Source of the DNA: Candidatus Poribacteria bacterium | Lineage (GTDB): Bacteria > Poribacteria > WGA-4E > UBA9662 | Assembly (NCBI GenBank): GCA_046582655.1 | Contig: JAYGDX010000132.1 | Location: 1 to 41,055, forward strand | Length of the DNA stretch: 41,055 nt | Direction of reading: 5' to 3' | Shown here: positions 39,238 to 41,055 of the stretch, piece after piece | Position numbering within the stretch: the stretch's first letter is position 1 | Layout: every line of letters begins with the position of its first letter | Position numbers and translations under genes: made by a program | The notes under the pieces: model-generated | Database searches by the model: none | What the model was told of the DNA's origin: nothing | Seen by the model: only the letters and a program-made list of their open reading frames with translations

Positions 39238-39675
39238 TTGGATCGGTCGCCCCATGGGAGAGATAAGCCATTAGTGGAAGTTCTGGGGAAAAATTGGGAT
39301 CGGGAAGTAGTCCGAAAGAAGCATCCGGAAGAATTAGCCTTACAGCGAGAGATGAGAAAGAGGAGCAACACACTCTACGAGGCGTTGAAGAAGGATGGCG
39401 CGGAAAATATTGCTCATTGCATTCCCAATTATAGCCAGCGTTGTTTTAGCTGTATTATATTCAATATGATACCCAGAATTAACTTGGATGGTATTGGGAC
39501 AAAAGTGGTATTCGTCTCAAATGTGTTTTTTTCAGTGAGCATCTTGGACCTTTTATCATTACAGTATCCAAAAGCTTTGAATCTGGCTAAACCCCGATCA
39601 ACACGACTACAGCAGCAATTACTGGAAAATGAAAAGAAATCAGAGGATCATTACAAAAAGAGAGACATGGGCTAG
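39238..39675 (+). CDS. Possible hypothetical protein or gene remnant
   Basis: 145-aa ORF with a TTG start; charged helical ends and a dissimilar middle; no family recognised. Confidence 0.25.
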   Translation: MDRSPHGRDKPLVEVLGKNWDREVVRKKHPEELALQREMRKRSNTLYEALKKDGAENIAHCIPNYSQRCFSCIIFNMIPRINLDGIGTKVVFVSNVFFSVSILDLLSLQYPKALNLAKPRSTRLQQQLLENEKKSEDHYKKRDMG

Positions 39676-39840
39676 AAATTTCAGGCAAGAATATGATAGC
39701 TAAAGAAGTCGGGGAGATTTTTTCGATTATCTGCAAAGCAAAGCCGCGATACAATTTGCATTAGCGCTTATTTAAGTTCGATGATCTCGAACTCATACTC
39801 TTGTTCACTAGTGGACACCCTTCTGAATTCGGCACACAGC

Positions 39841-41055
39841 CTAAGGGAGCGATTGTTTACCGAACTCCGGTTCCTTGCTCGGTTGGACGACCCATTCTTC
39901 GAACAAGGGATCGAAACCCTCCTTCTCAAATTCACCGAAGGTCAAGTGCTGAATGCTCCCTATTGGAATGGCCATCTCTCCGTAGATCGGTGAATGGCCC
40001 AACAGCTTGCCAGCCATGGATTTAAGAGCTTCAAAGACCAAAATTGAGCCATCAGATAAGTTAGCTCGGACTGTCCCTTTGGGACTAGCGGAAATGGCTG
40101 CTAGTTCTTCCGTATCTTCTTCTGGCTTGCTAACATCAACTACCCGGATCAGGCGGTTGATAGGTATGACTAGTGTTCGCAGCTTGGATTCAAACTGAAC
40201 TATCTGCCTGCTGATCCCTAGCAAACTCCCCCGCATTAAATCGCCGGTCTTCGCCACCAGGACATGACTTGGCGGGTTATCGCGATTGAAACGTGGAACA
40301 GTCAACGCGCGCTCCAATTTCACATCGTTGATAGTGACAGATTCCTCGTCCTTCGCTCCAAACGTTCCGTTTGCAAACTCGATCCCTTTCACATGTGCCG
40401 AATCAACTTTGCCGACAACGATAAACGGCGATTGAAAAACGAGGGTGTTCTTATCGTACGATTCGACTTGGCAAGGAAGGACTTCTCCATTCTTCAGATG
40501 CAGCAGTTCAGGAAACGCCTTGATGTCGAAAGTCGACTCGGTCAATATCGCCTTGCTGCGTTCTACTCGAGCTTCTGCTACCTCAGCCAGTCGCACGGGC
40601 TCCGTGGCGCCCTCGAACTTCCAGCGAAGAGGCGGGCTGGAAGCATTGAATGAAAGTCGCCCATTCAGGAGACCTGATGCACAAAAAAGTTGGTCATCGT
40701 TTCGACTTTGCGTATTTCCCTTCTCCTTGAAATCCAAAGGGCCAAGTCGAAGCATGGATGCTCCGGTAAGTGCACAAGCCACTGGTTCTTCTGCGAATGC
40801 CGTTTGCAATATCACACGATCCGAATTCAACTGCTGGATTTGACCACGCACAACTCCTCCGTCGGCATAGAATATCTCAGCTATGTCAGTGGTCGTGGCC
40901 AATTTGATGTCGGGGCGAACAATGCGGTCGACCTGTTCCAGATCGATATCGTGCCGAGTTTGATCCTCATTCAAAACGTACGCGTTACCTTCTTCAACAA
41001 ACAAGCGGCCGTATATGACTTGCCCCTCAATCATGTGGACCCGTGGCTTGGAAGG
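39841..41055 (-). CDS. C-terminal part of a large hypothetical protein (start lies beyond the window)
   Basis: The frame is open to the window edge (PSKPRVHMIEG...). Repeated short beta modules such as 'LHLKNGEVLPCQV', 'LVAKTGDLMRGSL', 'ANLSDGSILVF'. Confidence 0.75.
   Translation of the reverse strand, partial: PSKPRVHMIEGQVIYGRLFVEEGNAYVLNEDQTRHDIDLEQVDRIVRPDIKLATTTDIAEIFYADGGVVRGQIQQLNSDRVILQTAFAEEPVACALTGASMLRLGPLDFKEKGNTQSRNDDQLFCASGLLNGRLSFNASSPPLRWKFEGATEPVRLAEVAEARVERSKAILTESTFDIKAFPELLHLKNGEVLPCQVESYDKNTLVFQSPFIVVGKVDSAHVKGIEFANGTFGAKDEESVTINDVKLERALTVPRFNRDNPPSHVLVAKTGDLMRGSLLGISRQIVQFESKLRTLVIPINRLIRVVDVSKPEEDTEELAAISASPKGTVRANLSDGSILVFEALKSMAGKLLGHSPIYGEMAIPIGSIQHLTFGEFEKEGFDPLFEEWVVQPSKEPEFGKQSLP

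Noticed and set aside
1..41055. CRISPR array, tRNA/rRNA, prophage, and the many 60-150 aa ORFs overlapping larger genes
   Set aside because: No spaced direct repeats, RNA gene signatures or phage genes were seen. The short ORFs are antisense or alternate-frame shadows of well-supported genes.

Overview
A 41 kb bacterial window of moderate GC content, with no rRNA, tRNA or CRISPR array visible. Three PhyH-family dioxygenases, several Gfo/Idh/MocA oxidoreductases, a DUF6785-type membrane protein and a C-terminal 'AVxxxGKLTTTW' motif suggest Candidatus Poribacteria or a relative (inference). Two features stand out. (1) An intact seven-gene operon (23524-31758) behind a near-consensus sigma70 promoter encodes a fully modular cobalamin/folate methyl-transfer system: an unknown protein with a duplicated FPCGxxH motif, an MtaA/CmuA-type Zn methyltransferase, a corrinoid protein, an ATP-dependent RACo activator with an extra 4-Cys N-terminal domain, a MetF fused to a MetV-like domain, an AcsE-like pterin methyltransferase and a homocysteine methyltransferase. 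(2) A probably exported DUF3179 selenoprotein, split in two by the ORF track, has an in-frame UGA in a UxxC motif and a clear SECIS-like hairpin. The rest is transport and catabolic genes (TctCBA, MFS, MlrC, RraA-like, GH-like), a four-EF-hand protein, IS1 and IS5 remnants and many decaying pseudogenes. All family calls come from motif recognition by eye, not from database searches.
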